Positions 16,750 to 26,916 of a stretch of DNA of 64,000 bases are shown here, one piece after another. Source of the stretch: an uncultured bacterium (GTDB lineage: Bacteria; Verrucomicrobiota; Kiritimatiellia; PWTM01); the NCBI GenBank assembly GCA_938005705.1, contig CALLML010000057.1, positions 1,427 through 65,426 of the forward strand, written 5' to 3'. How positions within the stretch are numbered: the first letter of the stretch is position 1; every line of letters starts with the position of its first letter. The notes under the pieces are model-generated. The model made no database searches, had not been told where the DNA came from, and saw nothing but the letters and a program-made list of their open reading frames with translations. The position numbers and the translations under genes were made by a program.

Positions 16750-17370
16750 ATATCCGTCCATCCAATAATAGACATTGCCCCGCGGATCGGCGCGACGGTC
16801 GAACGTCTCGACGAATCGCGATTCCGCCATGCGCGTGACCGCGAAACCGGCCAGACGATCCCAGGGCCGATTCGGCACGTTGACGTTCAGCAGCACGCCG
16901 CGCGGCAGCGGCCGCTCCGCCAACCGTCGGACGAGAAGGCGGGCGACGCGCCCGGCCGTATCCCAACAGGGGTCCGTGTACGTGGCCAGCGAAATCGCCA
17001 TGCTCGGAATACCCAGAATCGTTCCTTCCGTCGCCGCCGAAACCGTGCCGGAGTAAATCACGCTGATACCGGCGTTGGGCCCAAGGTTGATTCCGCTGAC
17101 TACCAAATCCACGGGTTCAGTCAGCAGAGCACACACCGCCAGCTTGACAGAGTCAGCCGGCGTTCCTCCCACCGCATATCCTCTAAAACCGTTCTCTCGA
17201 CAAACAGGACGGGCGCGAATGGGGTCCGACAGCGTGATGGCATGCCCCACAGCGCTTTGCTCCGAATCCGGCGCGACGACCTCGAGGTCTCCGATTTCGC
17301 GAAGTGCCGCGTGAAGCGCGACGAGGCCAGGCGCGTGAATACCATCGTCGTTCGAGATCAATATGCGCAT
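16609..17370 (-). CDS. surE: 5'/3'-nucleotidase SurE
   Basis: MRILISNDDGIHAPGLVALHAALREIGDLEVVAPDSEQSAVGHAIT is the canonical SurE N-terminus. Confidence 0.9.
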   Translation of the reverse strand: MRILISNDDGIHAPGLVALHAALREIGDLEVVAPDSEQSAVGHAITLSDPIRARPVCRENGFRGYAVGGTPADSVKLAVCALLTEPVDLVVSGINLGPNAGISVIYSGTVSAATEGTILGIPSMAISLATYTDPCWDTAGRVARLLVRRLAERPLPRGVLLNVNVPNRPWDRLAGFAVTRMAESRFVETFDRRADPRGNVYYWMDGYLQPTGDAEGTDLAALENGFVSLTPIHFDLTHVPSLDRLRAWNLSMV

Positions 17371-19568
17371 ACGCGTTCCGCGAGGGAGCGCCGGTATACA
17401 GCCGGAGGCACAGATTCCGTTTCGGGTGGCTTTTCTCGACCCTGCCCCTCCCGCCAGGCGGCGATGTCCGCCAGAATTTGAAGCGCCTCCTCCAGAATGA
17501 TGTCCTTGTCGTCGCTCTCTGGAACGCGATCGTTATCCGGCTCTAGATCCCGTTCTGCCCGCTCCAGTTCCCGCTCCGCGCGCGAATAGGCGAGACGGGC
17601 CTCCCAGTCCAGCGGGATAACGGCAGAACGCGTTCGTTCCTCGACTTGTTTTCGCAAACGATTCAATGCTTCAAAACGCGGGTCGGCGCTTCGTCGCTCT
17701 TCCGAAGCTCGCCGCAGCTCGACAATATTGGGAAATGCTCGAGCGAAAACCGTATAAAAAACCGGATCAAGAGCGGACCATTCCAGGGCATGCGGCAAAA
17801 ATTCTTCGCCCACTTCGGTCGCATCGAATACGGAGGGCATCACGATGTCCGGTTCAACCCCTCGGCGCTGGGTGGACCCGCCGGCGATTCGATAAAACGC
17901 GGCTGTCGTCACTTTAAGCGAGCCGAGCGCCTCATCGCGCGGATTGAGCGGCATCAGTGACTGCACCGTGCCTTTGCCATGGGTCTTCGAATCGCCGACA
18001 ATCACGGCGCGGCGGTAATCCTGGAGCGCGGCGGCAACGATCTCCGAGGCGGACGCGCTCAGCCGATTCACGAGCACCACCAGCGGCCCGGCATAGAGCT
18101 GCCGATCATCAGGATCGCTCAATATCTGCACCCCCCCCGCACTTCGTACCTGTAACACCGGTCCGCCGCGAAGGAACAGACCTGCAAGCTCGATCGCGTC
18201 CGGCAGGGAACCGCCGCCGTTGTTTCGCAGATCCAGCAGCACCCCTTCGACACCCCCGTCAGAAGCCGTGAGCGTTTCAATCAGCCGCCGCACATCGCGC
18301 GCAGATCGTCGGGCATCCTCGCCGTTGGAAAGGCCTTTGAAATCAGCGTAGAAATCAGGAAGGGTGATCACGGCCAGCCGCCGGGGCCGTCCATCCTTGC
18401 CAGCCGCGACTCGCACCCTCCCGCGGGCGGCCTTATCCTCCAACCGGACCTCATCGCGAACGAGTTCGATTTTGCGTTCCGTGCCTCCGGACAGATCGGA
18501 TGCTGGCCACACCGTCAACACCACCCGTGTGCCGATTTCACCGCGAATGAGCCGGACGACCTTATACAACGGCCAATGCATCACCTCGACGCTCGGTCCA
18601 TCGCCCTGCGCAACGGCCACGATGCGATCGTTGGGCCGAAGCCGACCATCCCGTTCCGCCGGCCCGCCGGGGATCAAGCGAACAATACGAACCAGACCGT
18701 CCTCGGCGCTTAATACCGCGCCGATGCCAGTCAGCGACAACTTCATGTTGATATCGAAATCCTCTGAACGAATAGCCGACATGTATTCGGAGTGTGGGTC
18801 GTAGGCCTGAGTGAAAGCGGAAAAGAAACGGTCCGCGATCCACTCGTCGTCGCTGTCCTGCAACATCAACAGATACTGCCGATATCGCTTCAGCACGAAG
18901 GCTTCCGGAGATAGATCGCGGTCTTCAGGAGGAGTGTCGTTGCCGGGCTTTTCCGAGGCCTTGTCCGTTGCCGCCGCTTCGGCGGCAAGATGGACGGCCA
19001 CGCGACGCGCCACGACCTCATTCAGCAGTTTCAATCGCCAGAGCTCATCGCGTGCGGCGTCATTTTCGGGCCATGGCTCATCGCGACGGCGCCAGCGATA
19101 CACGAGACCGGGTTCCGGTGTGGCCGGCTGGGCCAACATACGCTCCGCGAATGCTACGCGGTCTCGCACCCTTTCTTTCAACCGCTCGAAGGCGCGGCGG
19201 GCAAATCCGAGATCGCCGTTGCGCAACCACACATCGAATCGGCCTGCTTCTGCGCGCATTTGGCGAATATCTTCCTGCGTGAAAAAGGTCCGGTCCGGAT
19301 CCATCGCCGTAACGAATAAATCGAATGCCCGCGCGGACATCGCCTCATCCAAGGGACGGCGGAGGAGATGATGGCGGGGCAACTGGCGGGCAAGCTGCGG
19401 GCCCACGGCACGGTAAACGGACTCGCGTGTGGGTAATCCGGCGTGAGGATCATCGCCGGCTGATGGGGCCGGATCTGCAGCCATCCAAAGGACTGCGGCC
19501 GCGAGGGTTGCCGCAAATAGCGCCGCCATCCGCCAACGATACCGGAACATGCACTTATGTGGATTCAT
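17358..19568 (-). CDS. prc: Tail-specific / C-terminal processing protease (S41 family, Prc-like, PDZ domain)
   Basis: 736 aa. LSLTGIGAVLSAEDGLVRIVRLIPGGPAERDG...LLDLRNNGGGSLPDAIELAGLF...LVVLVNRLSASASEIVAAALQDYRRAVIVGDSKTHGKGTVQ matches the S41 catalytic region. Confidence 0.8.
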   Translation of the reverse strand: MNPHKCMFRYRWRMAALFAATLAAAVLWMAADPAPSAGDDPHAGLPTRESVYRAVGPQLARQLPRHHLLRRPLDEAMSARAFDLFVTAMDPDRTFFTQEDIRQMRAEAGRFDVWLRNGDLGFARRAFERLKERVRDRVAFAERMLAQPATPEPGLVYRWRRRDEPWPENDAARDELWRLKLLNEVVARRVAVHLAAEAAATDKASEKPGNDTPPEDRDLSPEAFVLKRYRQYLLMLQDSDDEWIADRFFSAFTQAYDPHSEYMSAIRSEDFDINMKLSLTGIGAVLSAEDGLVRIVRLIPGGPAERDGRLRPNDRIVAVAQGDGPSVEVMHWPLYKVVRLIRGEIGTRVVLTVWPASDLSGGTERKIELVRDEVRLEDKAARGRVRVAAGKDGRPRRLAVITLPDFYADFKGLSNGEDARRSARDVRRLIETLTASDGGVEGVLLDLRNNGGGSLPDAIELAGLFLRGGPVLQVRSAGGVQILSDPDDRQLYAGPLVVLVNRLSASASEIVAAALQDYRRAVIVGDSKTHGKGTVQSLMPLNPRDEALGSLKVTTAAFYRIAGGSTQRRGVEPDIVMPSVFDATEVGEEFLPHALEWSALDPVFYTVFARAFPNIVELRRASEERRSADPRFEALNRLRKQVEERTRSAVIPLDWEARLAYSRAERELERAERDLEPDNDRVPESDDKDIILEEALQILADIAAWREGQGREKPPETESVPPAVYRRSLAERVCAY

Positions 19569-19592
19569 GACAGTCAGGGTATGGCGGCCGAA

Positions 19593-20654
19593 TCAATTAC
19601 TGCTGGTCTTCCCTCGCACCTTCGACCAAACGCGTTCGAATATTTGCTTCACCAAGTCCGGATTATTGCGCAGTTCCTGGACGGCCGCCTCTCGCCCCTG
19701 ACCAATCTGCCGACCCTCGAATGACAACCAAGACCCCCGCTTTTCGATCAGATCGTATTGCAGCGCCGCATCTACCACGGACCCGACCCAGGAAATGCCC
19801 TCGCTGAACAGAATATCAAACTCCGCCTCTGCAAACGGCGGCGCGACCTTGTTCTTGACCACCTTGACCTTCGTGCGATTTCCTATGGCGGCTCCAGAGG
19901 CATCCTTCAAGGTTGCCATACGGCGAACATCGAGACGGACGGACGCGTAGAATTTGAGTGCGCGCCCGCCGGGAGTCGTCTCCGGGTTACCGAACATCAC
20001 GCCGATTTTCTCCCGGATCTGATTCGTGAATAAGCACACGCAGCGCGATTTGGCCAGAGCGCCGGATAGCTTTCGCATCGCTTGCGACATCAATCGTGCC
20101 TGTAGCCCGACATGGCTGTCGCCCATCTGTCCTTCCAGCTCCGCTTTCGGCGCAAGTGCGGCGACCGAATCTACCACCACCACATCCAGCGAGTTGCTTC
20201 GCACCAACTGATCGGCAATATTGAGCGCCTCCTCGCCGGAGTCGGGCTGAGAGACGAGCAGATCATCCAAGTTCACGCCGATCTTGCGCGCATAGGCGGG
20301 ATCCAGCGCGTGCTCGGCGTCGATGAATGCCGCTAAGCCCCCTTGTTTCTGCGCCTGGGCGATCACATGCAGTACCAGGGTCGTCTTCCCCGAAGATTCC
20401 GGACCGAAAATTTCGATGATTCGTCCCCGCGGGATGCCGCCAACGCCGAGCGCAATATCCAAGGTCAGTGCCCCCGTTGAGATGGAAGGCACCTCGTGGG
20501 TTTCCGCTGCACCCAGTTGGGTGATGGCACCATCCCCGTATTCCTTTCGGATTTGCGCCAACACAGCGGCCAGGGCGCCGGGCATTTTGCGCGCCTCGAC
20601 TTTCTGAGACGGTTTTTCTTCCACAGAAACAGGCTTGGCAGGCATAGCGCTCAT
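19593..20654 (-). CDS. recA: Recombinase A
   Basis: [64 protein letters not shown] is RecA over its full length. Confidence 0.97.
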   Translation of the reverse strand: MSAMPAKPVSVEEKPSQKVEARKMPGALAAVLAQIRKEYGDGAITQLGAAETHEVPSISTGALTLDIALGVGGIPRGRIIEIFGPESSGKTTLVLHVIAQAQKQGGLAAFIDAEHALDPAYARKIGVNLDDLLVSQPDSGEEALNIADQLVRSNSLDVVVVDSVAALAPKAELEGQMGDSHVGLQARLMSQAMRKLSGALAKSRCVCLFTNQIREKIGVMFGNPETTPGGRALKFYASVRLDVRRMATLKDASGAAIGNRTKVKVVKNKVAPPFAEAEFDILFSEGISWVGSVVDAALQYDLIEKRGSWLSFEGRQIGQGREAAVQELRNNPDLVKQIFERVWSKVRGKTSSN

Positions 20655-21217
20655 CCTCTCAAAGGCAGTTCCCGGACCACCACATACCGCGGCGTTCGCC
20701 GGTCAGGCGCCGCGGCCATTAACGAGACACGCTCCGCGCGGACTTCGCCGAACGGCGCATTGATAAGAGACGGACACGCTTCTGTCAAGGACGGCATCGC
20801 GATCGGGTCTCGGGCGCGCCCCAACGTAATATGGGGGCGAAAAGGCCTTTCTTCCATCGGCCAACCCCTTTCGCGTACCTCCTTCTCCAGGCGGGCGGCC
20901 AACGTGACGAGAGCCGGAGGTGGCGAAGGCACGCCGGCCCAGAGTACGCGAATTCCTCGGCGGTTTCCAAATCCTCCAAGACCCACGACCTCGAAGGAAA
21001 ATACCGGGGATGTCGCCGCCGCGATCTCCGCGGCCCCCGCGATCGAAACGATCCATTCGGGCGTCAGGCTGCCGAAAAAAGCGAGCGTCAGGTGAAGATC
21101 GCTCGGGTCCGTCCATCGTACACGATCGCCCGCCCATCGCCGAAGTGTCCGCTGAACCCGTGCGAGCGCTTCTTGCACCTCTTCCGGCATCCGCACAGCG
21201 ACAAAAGCCCGATGCAA
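20651..21217 (-). CDS. thpR: RNA 2',3'-cyclic phosphodiesterase (2H phosphoesterase, ThpR/LigT)
   Basis: Two H-x-T-x motifs (HLTLAFFG and HITLGR). The track ORF starts at TTG 21292. A better-fitting start is the TTG at 21217, which gives [14 protein letters not shown] and about 189 aa. Confidence 0.75.
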   Translation of the reverse strand: MHRAFVAVRMPEEVQEALARVQRTLRRWAGDRVRWTDPSDLHLTLAFFGSLTPEWIVSIAGAAEIAAATSPVFSFEVVGLGGFGNRRGIRVLWAGVPSPPPALVTLAARLEKEVRERGWPMEERPFRPHITLGRARDPIAMPSLTEACPSLINAPFGEVRAERVSLMAAAPDRRTPRYVVVRELPLRG

Positions 21218-21288
21218 GCCCGCGGCGTCATCTTCGCGGGGCTCCCGCGTTTGTTCTCGATCGCGGATTTCCCCGTCCTCGCTCACAT

Positions 21289-21912
21289 TCAACCATACGC
21301 TGCCGACACCGCCTCGCGTGTCTGCCGGACGATGCCGCTCCAGTCGCGAGCGGAGATCAGTTTTTTGGACACGAACCAGGTGCCCCCGACAGCAGCGACC
21401 ACGGGAAGCGCCAGATAAGCGGATAAATTCGACAGGTTGATCCCACCTAGGGGGATAAACCGGACGCCTGTGTGGGCATAGGGGCCCGCCAAAGCCTCGA
21501 GCATTTTTACCCCGCCGGATGCCTCCGCTGGAAAGAATTTCAACAAATGGAAACCGAGCGTCAAAGCCTTTTCCACTTCGCTCGGCGTCATGACACCCGG
21601 AATGAAAGGCAGATCGGCTTCGCGAGCCGCAAGAACCACTCGTTCATTCAAGCCGGGGGCGACACCGAAGACGGCGCCAACCTGCCGTGCTTTTTTCACT
21701 TGCGCCGGGTCAAGCACCGTGCCCACGCCGACGGCCATGTCCGGATAAGCCGCGCGGATGGCGGCAACAGCGTCAAAAGCCGCATCTGTGCGCAAGGTTA
21801 CTTCGATAGCGTTCAGGCCACCCTCGCGCAGCGCGCCTGCCAGGGGCACAGCATCCGCTGCCCGCTCAATTACGGCCACGGGCACAATCTTTTTGGCGAT
21901 AATCTGTTCCAT
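21289..21912 (-). CDS. eda: KDPG / KHG aldolase
   Basis: Contains IVPVAVIE, EVTLRT, FGVAPG, GVMTPSEVEKALTLGFHLLKFFPAE and GGV. The start ATG at 21912 was checked on the DNA. Confidence 0.8.
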   Translation of the reverse strand: MEQIIAKKIVPVAVIERAADAVPLAGALREGGLNAIEVTLRTDAAFDAVAAIRAAYPDMAVGVGTVLDPAQVKKARQVGAVFGVAPGLNERVVLAAREADLPFIPGVMTPSEVEKALTLGFHLLKFFPAEASGGVKMLEALAGPYAHTGVRFIPLGGINLSNLSAYLALPVVAAVGGTWFVSKKLISARDWSGIVRQTREAVSAAYG

Positions 21913-21977
21913 ATCTATCCCTTGCCCTCCAGCGCCCGCGGTTGGTCGGCTTGCCATATCCCATGACCCCTAGTTAT

Positions 21978-22388
21978 TTATTTTTTCGTCTCTTCCGCCT
22001 TTTTCTCGGGGCGTTTTCTCGGCGCAGGCGGAGTGTAGTGTGTCCATTCCAACAGCGCCATTTCCGCCCCATCGCCACCTCGACGCCCTAGATGAAGAAT
22101 ACGCGTGTAGCCGCCCTGGCGATCTCCAACGGCCGGCGCAATTTCCGTGAAAAGCCGCCTGACCCGATCCGCGTGCCGCAAACGACGAATCGCCAGGCGC
22201 CGAGCCGCCACCGTCCCCGTTCGGGCCAGCGTCACCATGCGCTCTGCCAACGGTCGCGCCGCCTTCGCCTTGACGAGCGTCGTCCTGACGCGCCCCCGCT
22301 CGATCAGGTGACAAACCAGTGCGGACAACAGTGCGTCTCGATGAGCGGCTACGCGCCCCAACTTGATAGTTTTCTTACGATGTCGCAT
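21978..22388 (-). CDS. rplQ: 50S ribosomal protein L17
   Basis: MRHRKKTIKLGRVAAHRDALLSALVCHLIERGRVRTTLVKAKA. Confidence 0.95.
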   Translation of the reverse strand: MRHRKKTIKLGRVAAHRDALLSALVCHLIERGRVRTTLVKAKAARPLAERMVTLARTGTVAARRLAIRRLRHADRVRRLFTEIAPAVGDRQGGYTRILHLGRRGGDGAEMALLEWTHYTPPAPRKRPEKKAEETKK

Positions 22389-22420
22389 AGGTCTAAACCC
22401 CCGCCGCCGGCGACGGCCAA

Positions 22421-23476
22421 TCAGCTCTTCTTCTTTTTCTTGTCGCTCTTCTCGGTTTCCGCCGGACGCCGCGGCGCCAACGACGTAATCAGATCCGGAT
22501 CAAACGTCATGCCCAACTGGAGGCCCATTTCGGCAAGCTTCTGGCGAATCTCGTTCAACGACTTCTTACCGAAGTTGCGATATTTGAGCATTTCGGCCTC
22601 GGTCTTCATCGCCAGCTCGCCGACGGTCGTGATGTTGGCATTATTGAGGCAGTTGGCCGCGCGGACAGAGAGTTCGATTTCATTCACGCTGATCGCCAGC
22701 TTTTTGCGCAACTCTTCGCGGGCCGCATCTACCTGTTTTGCACCTTCCTCGAATTCGATCCGCTCGCCGCTGAAATTCACGAACACGTCAAGATGGTGAC
22801 GCAATATGGCCGCCGAGGTCGTCAAGGCATCTTCGGGCGACACCCGACCGTCCGTCCAGACCTCCATGATCAACCGATCGTAGTCAGTCAAGCGTCCCAC
22901 GCGAGTGTTCTCTACAGTGTACTTCACGCGCCGGACCGGCGAATAAAGACAATCCACCGGAATAACTCCGATTTCATCCGGCTTTTTGTTCCAGTCGGCG
23001 GGTGCATAGCCGCGCCCGATGCGTACCTCCATCTCCATTTCGAGCCGGCCGTCAGCGGCGACCGTGGCGATGTGCTGGTCTTTGTTCAGGACCTCCACAG
23101 TGTTGTCCGTCTCGATATCGGCGGCGGTGACCTCGGCCGGTCCTCGAACCTTGAGGTGTACACGGCGGGGCTCACGCACATGCATTTTGAACAGCACCTT
23201 CTTCAGATTTAGGATGATATCCGTGACGTCCTCAACCACGCCTGGCAGAGAACAAAACTCGTGCATGGCGTCCGTAATACGGACCGAACTGATTGCGGCG
23301 CCTTCCAGCGAGGACAGCAGGACGCGTCGAAGCGAATTTCCGATGGTTCGTCCGTATCCCGCTTCAAAAGGTTCCGCAATGAATTTGCCGTAATTCTCGG
23401 CGGAAGAGTCGTCCCGAACGACTCGTTTGGGCAATTCGAAACGCGTAATGCGTATGGGCATATTTGGTTCTCCCAA
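22421..23476 (-). CDS. rpoA: DNA-directed RNA polymerase alpha subunit
   Basis: 351 aa. FIAEPFEAGYGRTIGNSLRRVLLSSLEGAA is the alpha N-terminal domain. C-terminal-domain signature KKSLNEIRQKLAEMGL. Confidence 0.97.
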   Translation of the reverse strand: MGEPNMPIRITRFELPKRVVRDDSSAENYGKFIAEPFEAGYGRTIGNSLRRVLLSSLEGAAISSVRITDAMHEFCSLPGVVEDVTDIILNLKKVLFKMHVREPRRVHLKVRGPAEVTAADIETDNTVEVLNKDQHIATVAADGRLEMEMEVRIGRGYAPADWNKKPDEIGVIPVDCLYSPVRRVKYTVENTRVGRLTDYDRLIMEVWTDGRVSPEDALTTSAAILRHHLDVFVNFSGERIEFEEGAKQVDAAREELRKKLAISVNEIELSVRAANCLNNANITTVGELAMKTEAEMLKYRNFGKKSLNEIRQKLAEMGLQLGMTFDPDLITSLAPRRPAETEKSDKKKKKS

Positions 23477-23532
23477 GGCCGTCCGTTAAACGGCCTGTAT
23501 GGTGTGGCCCCGGCCCTCGGCCGGTCGCCGTT

Positions 23533-24159
23533 TTATTTCGAATAAAGCTCCACCACGCGCTGCTCGTTGACGATGGGCGCGATCTCGTCGCGCGTCGGCA
23601 CGCGTAACACCTCGCCGCGAAACTCATCCTTGTTTAACGACAGCCACACGGGCACGCCGCGCGCCGCCGCGTTCTCGATGTGCGGCCGGGCCATCTCCCG
23701 GCTTTCTTCATCGGCGCGCACTTCCACCACCTGGCCTGGCTTCAACAACTGGGACGGAACATCGGTTTTGCGGCCATTGACCCGCACGTGGCCATGCAGC
23801 ACAAACTGGCGCGCGGCACGTTGCGATGGGGCGAATCCCAGACGGCGCACGACCGTATCAAGTCGCATTTCCAACATTTGCAACAGGGCTTCGCCGGTAA
23901 CCCCGCGACGACGGAGTGCCCGCTCGAAAAACAAGCGGAACTGGCCTTCCTGCATTCCATATATTCGACGCAAACGCTGTTTTTCACGCAACTGTACGCC
24001 GTATTCCGAAAGCTTGCGCCGGCGCTGGCCGTGCATGCCGGGCGGAGGACGCCCCGTTTGAATGGGGCATTTGGCCATGAAACAACGGTCGCCCTTCAGA
24101 AACAACTGCAGGCCTTCCCGGCGACAAATACGACAAACCGGTCCAGTATATCTTCCCAT
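23533..24159 (-). CDS. rpsD: 30S ribosomal protein S4
   Basis: MGRYTGPVCRICRREGLQLFLKGDRC. The start was moved to the internal ATG to match the S4 N-terminus. Confidence 0.95.
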   Translation of the reverse strand: MGRYTGPVCRICRREGLQLFLKGDRCFMAKCPIQTGRPPPGMHGQRRRKLSEYGVQLREKQRLRRIYGMQEGQFRLFFERALRRRGVTGEALLQMLEMRLDTVVRRLGFAPSQRAARQFVLHGHVRVNGRKTDVPSQLLKPGQVVEVRADEESREMARPHIENAAARGVPVWLSLNKDEFRGEVLRVPTRDEIAPIVNEQRVVELYSK

Positions 24160-24169
24160 AAGCCCCCCG

Positions 24170-24676
24170 TCAGACACGCCGGCGTTTCGGCGGCCGGCAA
24201 CCGTTATGCGGCACCGGCGTCACATCCCGAATAGCCGTGATGTTCATGCCCGCGGCCTGGATAGCGCGAATCGCGGATTCCCGCCCCGCGCCCGGGCCCT
24301 GAACACGAACTTCTACCTCGTTCATGTTGGCGTTGGCGATTGCCGCTCGCGCCGCCTCCTGGGCGACAACCGTTGCGGCATACGCCGTACTTTTACGCGA
24401 TCCTTTGAATCCGCAGCGCCCGGCGGATGACCAAGCAATCGTCGCCCCGCGAGGGTCGGTGATCGTTACGATCGTGTTGTTGAACGTCGCATGAATATAC
24501 ACAATCCCCACGGGACACACTCGCCCGCCACGGGATCGTCCCTTGCGCGCCTTCGGCACAACGGTCTCACCCGATGCCGCCGTATCGCCCGGCGCCGCTT
24601 CCGCCCGCTGTTCGGCCGCAGCTCCCGGTGCCGTCGATTCCTTATTCATTTCGTCTGCTTTGATTTCGTCCGCCAT
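24170..24676 (-). CDS. rpsK: 30S ribosomal protein S11 (with ~35-aa acidic/Ala-rich N-terminal extension)
   Basis: [30 protein letters not shown]...[15 protein letters not shown]. Confidence 0.95.
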   Translation of the reverse strand: MADEIKADEMNKESTAPGAAAEQRAEAAPGDTAASGETVVPKARKGRSRGGRVCPVGIVYIHATFNNTIVTITDPRGATIAWSSAGRCGFKGSRKSTAYAATVVAQEAARAAIANANMNEVEVRVQGPGAGRESAIRAIQAAGMNITAIRDVTPVPHNGCRPPKRRRV

Positions 24677-24715
24677 ACGTCGGCTTCCTCAATCTCCCTT
24701 TATGAATCCGCTCAT

Positions 24716-25126
24716 CTACTCCTGCTTTTCCTGTTTCTTGATCGCGGCACGCGCTTCCTTACCGCGCACAGCGCCCACCGTCTTGCGCGGGCCCTTGCGC
24801 GTGCGCGCATTCGTTTTCGTCCGCTGACCCCGCACCGGCAGACCCCGCCGGTGACGAATGCCGCGGTAACACCCGATCGCAATCAGACGGCGAATGTTTT
24901 GCGCCACCTCGCGGCGCAAATCACCCTCGACCCGATAATCGCTCTGAAGAATCGCCGTAATCCGCGTGATCTCTTCGTCCTTCAGATCGGCGGCCTTACG
25001 AGCCGGATCAATACCGGCCTTTTCCACAATCCTGCGTGCCGAGGTCGGCCCAATGCCGTAAATGTAGCGCAGCGCATACTCCACACGCTTATTGCCCGGT
25101 ATCTCAATGCCAAGCACTCGAGGCAT
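24716..25126 (-). CDS. rpsM: 30S ribosomal protein S13
   Basis: [34 protein letters not shown]. Confidence 0.97.
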   Translation of the reverse strand: MPRVLGIEIPGNKRVEYALRYIYGIGPTSARRIVEKAGIDPARKAADLKDEEITRITAILQSDYRVEGDLRREVAQNIRRLIAIGCYRGIRHRRGLPVRGQRTKTNARTRKGPRKTVGAVRGKEARAAIKKQEKQE

Positions 25127-25143
25127 CTCAGAACCCTCGCTTT

Positions 25144-25257
25144 CTATCCCTGGCGCTGCTTATGACGCGGATTCGTGCAGATCACCCGCACAACTCCCCG
25201 CCGCCGAATGACTTTACAGCGCTCACAAATCCGTTTTACTGAACTCCTGACCTTCAT
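25144..25257 (-). CDS. rpmJ: 50S ribosomal protein L36
   Basis: [37 protein letters not shown] lies inside the longer track ORF. The start was reset to the canonical Met. Confidence 0.95.
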   Translation of the reverse strand: MKVRSSVKRICERCKVIRRRGVVRVICTNPRHKQRQG

Positions 25258-25481
25258 GTTTCCGCCTCTTTCGACGCTCGTCCGCGCACGAGCCCCTTCG
25301 AAAAATCGAAGGGCGACAACTCCACATCGACCCGATCGCCCGGGGCCCATGCCGGCGTTACTGGAGCGCCGCGCATAAACGCGACCAGGCGATGACCGTT
25401 TCGAAGTCGCGCATGGAAAGCCTTATTATTTATCACGTCCTCGATCACGGCGTCCAGCACGATTTTCTCGTCTTTGTTCAC
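25254..25481 (-). CDS. infA: Translation initiation factor IF-1
   Basis: [34 protein letters not shown] is the S1-like OB fold. The C-terminal tail is unusually long. Confidence 0.85.
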   Translation of the reverse strand: MNKDEKIVLDAVIEDVINNKAFHARLRNGHRLVAFMRGAPVTPAWAPGDRVDVELSPFDFSKGLVRGRASKEAET

Positions 25482-26230
25482 GGCAACGCCAGCGTCAAAA
25501 CCTCCGGCTCGTTATCGTGGATGGCGATCGTGTGCTCCACGTGTACCGACAGGCGCCCGTCCACCGTCACTACCGTCCATCCGTCCGCCGCCACGCGCAC
25601 ACGCCAATCCCCCATCGTCAACATCGGTTCAATCGCCAACGTCATGCCAGGCTCCAATGTCGGTCCCCGCCCTGGCGGGCCAAAATTCGGAATCTGCGGT
25701 TCCTCATGCATCCGTCTTCCGATGCCGTGCCCCACAAAGTCACGCACGACACCGAATCCCGCCTCGGTGGCCACCCGCTCCACGGCGTGCGAAATATCCG
25801 ACAGACGTCCTCCCGCCTTCGCTTGAGAAATGGCCTCCTTCAACGCCTGCTCCGCCGTGGCGATCAGTCGCAACGCATCGGCGTCCGTCACGCCCACCGC
25901 CACCGTGGTGGCCGTATCCCCCACAAACCCCTCAAACACAACGCCCACATCCAAGCTGACGATATCGCCCACGTGGATCACGCGGGGACCCGGTATGCCG
26001 TGTACGACTTCCTCATTCACGGAAACACAAATATGTCCTGGGAACCCTCGATATCCCAGAAACGCGCTCCGGGCCCCTCGACGTTTCATTTCGATGGCGG
26101 CGAACTCACCGAGCTCCGCCGTAGTAACGCCGGGCCGGACTTGGGCGACAGTCGCCCGCAGCACCTCGGCAGCGATCCGATTGCTGGCACGCATGCGCTG
26201 GAGTTCCGCGGGCGTCTTAATCGGAATCAT
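25478..26230 (-). CDS. map: Methionine aminopeptidase type I
   Basis: MIPIKTPAELQRMRASNRIAAEVL...VSVNEEVVHGIPG...VFEGFVGDTATTV. Confidence 0.95.
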   Translation of the reverse strand: MIPIKTPAELQRMRASNRIAAEVLRATVAQVRPGVTTAELGEFAAIEMKRRGARSAFLGYRGFPGHICVSVNEEVVHGIPGPRVIHVGDIVSLDVGVVFEGFVGDTATTVAVGVTDADALRLIATAEQALKEAISQAKAGGRLSDISHAVERVATEAGFGVVRDFVGHGIGRRMHEEPQIPNFGPPGRGPTLEPGMTLAIEPMLTMGDWRVRVAADGWTVVTVDGRLSVHVEHTIAIHDNEPEVLTLALP

Positions 26231-26234
26231 GGCG

Positions 26235-26885
26235 TTACACCGCTGCCATCCGCTTCCGCACGCCCGCCACGGTCACATCCGGATTCCCCGAGGCGTCGAT
26301 CTCAAACAACAAACCCCGTTCACGATAATAGGCGATCAATTCTTCCGTCTGCCGCCGATAAACCACCAGCCGATTGCGGACCGTCTCCTCACGGTCATCC
26401 GGACGCTGAACGAGGGCTCCCCCGCACCGGTCGCAAATGCCTTCGATCCGCGGAGGCATATTCCGCACATGGTAAACTGCGCCGCACCCCTGGCACACGC
26501 GTCGGCCAGAGAGCCGGTCGACGAGAACGGCATCGGGAACGGACAACAAAAACACGCCATTCACGCGCGCGCCGAAGGAGGCCAGCGTATCATCGAGCCC
26601 GCGCGCCTGTTCGTGCGTTCGCGGAAAGCCATCGAACAGATAATTCTTTTGCCCGGCATCTCGCTCGATCCGCTCGCGCACGATGCCCAGGATCACGTCA
26701 TCGGGCACCAGTTCGCCCTTCTCCATAAAAGCCTTCGCCCGCAGGCCGACGGGCCGGCCCTCTTTGACCGCTTCGCGCAGCATATCGCCGGTGGACACAT
26801 GCACCAAGGGTTCCTGTCCGACCAGCCGTGCGGCCACCGTGCCTTTTCCAGCGCCCGGGGCACCCAATAAAATGTAAGCCTTCAT
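26235..26885 (-). CDS. adk: Adenylate kinase
   Basis: MKAYILLGAPGAGKGTVAARL... The LID contains CQGCGAVYH...CDRCGG, a zinc-type arrangement. Confidence 0.95.
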   Translation of the reverse strand: MKAYILLGAPGAGKGTVAARLVGQEPLVHVSTGDMLREAVKEGRPVGLRAKAFMEKGELVPDDVILGIVRERIERDAGQKNYLFDGFPRTHEQARGLDDTLASFGARVNGVFLLSVPDAVLVDRLSGRRVCQGCGAVYHVRNMPPRIEGICDRCGGALVQRPDDREETVRNRLVVYRRQTEELIAYYRERGLLFEIDASGNPDVTVAGVRKRMAAV

Positions 26886-26916
26886 CGTCTTTACCGTCAT
26901 CGTCCGCCTCGTGGTC

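Noticed and set aside
25517-26870. 403-aa and 346-aa plus-strand ORFs
   Set aside because: They are antisense to map and adk, which are unambiguous. They are typical long antisense ORFs in GC-rich DNA.
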